Shown here piece after piece: positions 59,935-64,000 of a stretch of DNA of 64,000 nucleotides. The stretch is from the NCBI RefSeq assembly GCF_020745735.1, contig NC_083440.1:15760780-15824779 (forward strand). The letters are read 5' to 3'. This DNA is from Hemiscyllium ocellatum (Eukaryota). Within the stretch, counting starts at the first letter, position 1. Each line of letters begins with the position of its first letter. Under the pieces are notes generated by a model. That model saw nothing but the letters and a program-made list of their open reading frames with translations. It was not told where the DNA came from and ran no database searches. A program made the translations under genes and the position numbers.

Positions 59935-60310
59935 AAACGAAATGGAGAGTACTGAGTACAGGGCTGAATACATGATTGCAGGGAGAGAGTTAAATACACT
60001 AGAAATGGAGAGGGTTCAGTTCATTGTGGAGAGGATTAAAATGAGACTGATAGTAAAAGTGTAAGTTAAAGAGCAATAAGGAGAAAATTAAATCCAGATT
60101 TAGTGTCTGTGATTTAATGTGTGTGTTTTTAAAGAATAAATTCAATGGAGGGTAATTGTGAGACGGTTGAAAGAAAAGTAAAATGGACAGGCTCAATACA
60201 GAATAGCAGGGAGAGGGTTTAATACAGGGAAAGAGAGAGATAGTTAAATACATGTAGGTTAATGCAGATATTGATCAGGTTAAGTCAGGAGTAAAGAAGG
60301 ATTAAATACC
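59935..60310. repeat. Degenerate purine-rich tandem repeat (same family as 21660-23130)
   Basis: Repeated GGAGAG..TTAAATACA cores. Confidence 0.6.
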
Positions 60311-60311
60311 G

Positions 60312-61402
60312 ACACCAGGATTCCTGTTCCAAGTTCACAACACTGCTGCTAGAGATACTACTGATGGCATTTTCCTCCATGATCACTGCCACAAGGAATG
60401 GAAGAACAAGGCGAAGACGAGAGAGAAAAGAAGAAGGAACTTGCGACCGGTCTGATGATCAGAAGTTAACAGGCTCTGGAGACTAAACGCAGTCTATCCT
60501 GCCACCAGCGCCATTCGAAAATAAAATTTACGATGAAGAGGCAAGGGAGATTGACGAGGACCCGAGTGTTTCACGTGTGAAGTGAGACTAGCCAAGTTGG
60601 AATTGGTTTCAGACAATCTACTGATGTCAAGTTAATGTTCTTCTCCGAACACTGCCTCCTGCTCGCCTGCAAGGGAGCATGGAATCTGAAAGTGAAAAAG
60701 TCAAAACCAGAAAACACGGAGGAGTTAAAAAGGGTTACACAAGTTGGAGAAACGTGAAGCCCTCCTTTGAGTCTTCATCAGACTTGTGGGAATCTGTCAA
60801 AGTGAACATCAAGAGGATCTTTATTCTCAAAGGTGATCTATAGCTGAGAGAGAAATGGAGAATACTCCAGAAAAGTTTGTAGAACTTCCTACTGTAGCAG
60901 ATGGTTGGGGTTTATGTCATGGATGAACTCCAGAAGGTGAAGAGCCAGTAAGCATCACTCTTTACTTCAGAAGTCTCCAAGATAATCTCCAAGATAATCA
61001 GCAAATCCTTTTCTGCCAGACTGCATGACATGAATTCCACAAACAGTGCGGACCCTCAGTCATTCCATTCCTCTCATGGAATTCCTCACAGGCAACTGTA
61101 CATAGGAAAAGATTTGCCAACAATTATCTCTGAATAAGATGACTAAAGCCCTCGAGTCCTCAGACAACAGTAAGTTTCCACGAAGTGATGCCTTACCGGC
61201 CGAGTTGCGATTGATCGGCCAGGTTCTGTTGGTGTTGTAGTATAGCCTGCTACAAAGAGGACGCCTGTGTGATTCCATGAGTAAAGGTGCCACACCGCGC
61301 CCCCTCTCCCCCCAACTACGATCAGAATGGGGAGAGAGACGGCTGTTGACCAATTTCATTGTGAGTATGGATTCAAACAAATTCTGTTATGGTCGTCGCC
61401 AA
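60312..61402 (+). mobile_element. Decayed L1/Tx1-clade fragment (paralog of 28250-29440)
   Basis: Starts ATTCCTGTTCCAAGTTCACAACACTGCTGCT, like 28263. Shares TTTCACGTGTGAAGTGAGACTAG and ATCAGCAAATCCTTTT. Confidence 0.7.
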
Positions 61403-64000
61403 TACCACACACATAATCACAAAGAATAAATAATGGAAGTGAATTTCCGACTGTAACTGTGTCACTGAACACATCCACGACTGAGGATCTCCTCAAATTC
61501 AAAGTGTAAATCTCCTGAACTAACTCTGTCCCCAAATCTATGGGGTACGTAAGGGAAGTGCTTGATGCTTAAGACTAGGATTCTGAAGCACACCATCTTG
61601 ATGGAGGCAGAAATGGTTTCTGCCACTTTGCTCTTTCACTCAGATTTTCAATTTCCCAATGGAGTTTCATATGCATCCTCAATGAGGATGCTCTTCGATG
61701 GTTACATCAGCTCCAATCAATACGCATCGGCCTAGCAGAATGAGAGTGTCCTGAAAATATTTCACAGCTGACTCTCAGTGATACATGAGCTGTACATCAG
61801 GAGACACGAGTGAGTCACTCTCTGTTCCCTGCAGTGTCTTGCACAAGTGCAGTGAAGAAACGTAAGATAGCTGACCTATGAATTGATCGAATATTTTGAA
61901 GAGAGATGTGAAGGTGAGGCCAGGAAGGGATAAAAGTGAAGATTTGTTAACTTCCTGAAATATTTGAGCGGGCAGTCAATATTGTCACTAAGTCTGTAGT
62001 GATGGATAAATGAGTCTTCGTGTGAGGACTGGTAAAGGAGAGAAAACAGAGAGTGGGAACAAAATTTCATTTACATGTTCTCAAGCTGGTATTTTGAATC
62101 TTTACTTGAGATGCAGTGTTTGTAATCTCTATCAATGACCGACATGGTGAGATCGTGTATTATGCTTGCTGATAACACAATGTCAGGTGAGAAGGTAAAA
62201 GACAAGGATTAATTGGGAATGCTGAAAAGAGGAAGGGCAGGTTCAGTGTGAGTGATCAAGTCATAGCCTGACCAACACATTGTGGAGAAATGTGAGGCAC
62301 TGTCCCTTCATTTCAGCCTTGGAAAGATTTCAGGCATCAATAAATTTCTCGATGTTTTTCCATGTCCTAAATAAAGAGACAATAAGAGGTCTTTCTTTCC
62401 ATTCAATGCTGGCGATTTCCATTATTCTGTTTAAAACATTCACTCACCTTAGATTCATCTGAATTCCAGGAATACAATCCAGAGTTTGTGTCATTTCAGG
62501 CCCTCAGAGTTGAACCCTGACTTGCCAGCTATCATTCTAGGCAATCAATGCTGCAGTCTGATGGACAGGGACTACCCAGGCCCCATTCTTTCATTGTTGT
62601 TTCCTTTCTGCAAATTCAAGCCACTGTTGTGTTAACATCAAGTGACAGTAGGGGGAAAACCTAAAATTGCTGATTGACTCTTTTAGAAGCATCTATCCTG
62701 ACATGACAGAATCCAGGATGAGAAATGAGTGTGGACTGTGTGTGAACCAGGGCTGGGATCCGGAAAATGTGAAAAGTGAACAAATGCAGAGGTCCTGGTC
62801 CACATTGGCATCAATAACATTTCGTGATCAAATAACTCTTCAGTGTCTTGTCTTCTGAATTACCATTTATTTACAAATGCATAGTCTTTCACAGTGGCCT
62901 CTCACTGAGTCAGGTATTCAGCATCTCAATATCGCTGGCATTGAACCTTTACAATCAGCTGAGTCTCCCTGATTGGCACAGACTAACAGCCCCAATCAGG
63001 GATTACATGCCCTATAAGGTCGAGCTGACTGACCACATGACAATCATTAACAGGAGAAAAATCAATGAGATTCTGTAGGTAGAAATTAGAAAATCGGGCA
63101 AGAACTTGAAAAGCTGATCCATGGGTGACTCTGAGTGTTCACTAGTCCGAAGAACGTGTGGCTGGGAAATATTGGTAACAGTGGAAGGACTTTGGACACT
63201 TAAATTATTGGAAGCGCTTCTGAGGCTATGGTGATCTAAGTATATTTCATTCGTTTTATTTTAATTGTATGGGGATTGCTACCCAGCTGGGGAGACATGC
63301 TACTGAAGGTGAGAAATACTTAATCAGCCCTGTCAGAGGGTTGGGAATCTGGAATCAAACGAAGTTAGAAGGGAAACGAAACTGGCCACGGGAAGTAGAC
63401 AATCTGTAGGTAAAAGAGAAAAGCAACAGAATCACATTCGGTATCTCTTAAGATGTTGTGCTTCTGAATCCTTGTTTTCAGGATCAAACACTTGCCTCCC
63501 GTGCTTCACACATTTAGGTTTAGAGTTCTTACCAGCGCGTTACTTGTCGAATTTCAGGGGATCCTCAATAACGTATGCATTAAGTGATGCAGTTACTGTG
63601 GAAACCTAACTCTTTCCTTTATTATTTTCTCTTTATGATGATGCGTAAGGTATTTGTTCAGAAAAAGACTGAAATCAATATTTTGAACTGTTCACATCTG
63701 CCCAAGAAGCAAAAACCACAATGCAGTAATTGATTACATCTCCGAGCATTGTATTAACACAAAAGCAAAGATACAAGCATGCAGAAATTTATTACATTTT
63801 CTCCAAAAGTTACGGACATAATAAGATTGTATTATGTAACAATATTATTGCATTTGGAAAGAATTATCATAAAATGCTCAAATTGTTTATTACAACGAAG
63901 AATGAAGAAACTGAATTTGAACTCAGAGCTCTGAATCTAAATATCGGGAACAATAATTGATGCATAAATGGCCCAAAAACGGGAACAGAGTGTGGTGCTG

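Overview
Eukaryotic, repeat-dense vertebrate genomic DNA, very likely from a cartilaginous fish (shark). The evidence is HE1/V-SINE copies, CR1 LINEs sharing the HE1 3' tail, and Penelope, Rex1 and L1-Tx1 fragments. The only host gene family I can support is a tandem cluster of two-exon class-A orphan GPCRs of the GPR139/GPR142-like type. It contains one reconstructable intact 313-aa gene (exon 1 31949-32015, exon 2 47682-48556, phase-1 intron of about 15.7 kb), a degraded second exon 1 (7102/7132-7177), and three broken exon-2 copies (14354-15226, 17830-18176, 39581-39858). In both gene units a single short exon 1 is followed by two tandem exon-2 cassettes. The region is built from nested direct and inverted segmental duplications. 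Other notable structures are fold-back Penelope-derived insertions with target-site duplications, one carrying a tandem array of minimal hammerhead-ribozyme motifs; a roughly 315-bp-arm intronic hairpin; an in-frame CR1-GPCR chimeric ORF; and a young, stop-free CR1 RT fragment. There is one assembly gap (50300-50470). Repeat boundaries and family names were judged by eye and are approximate.
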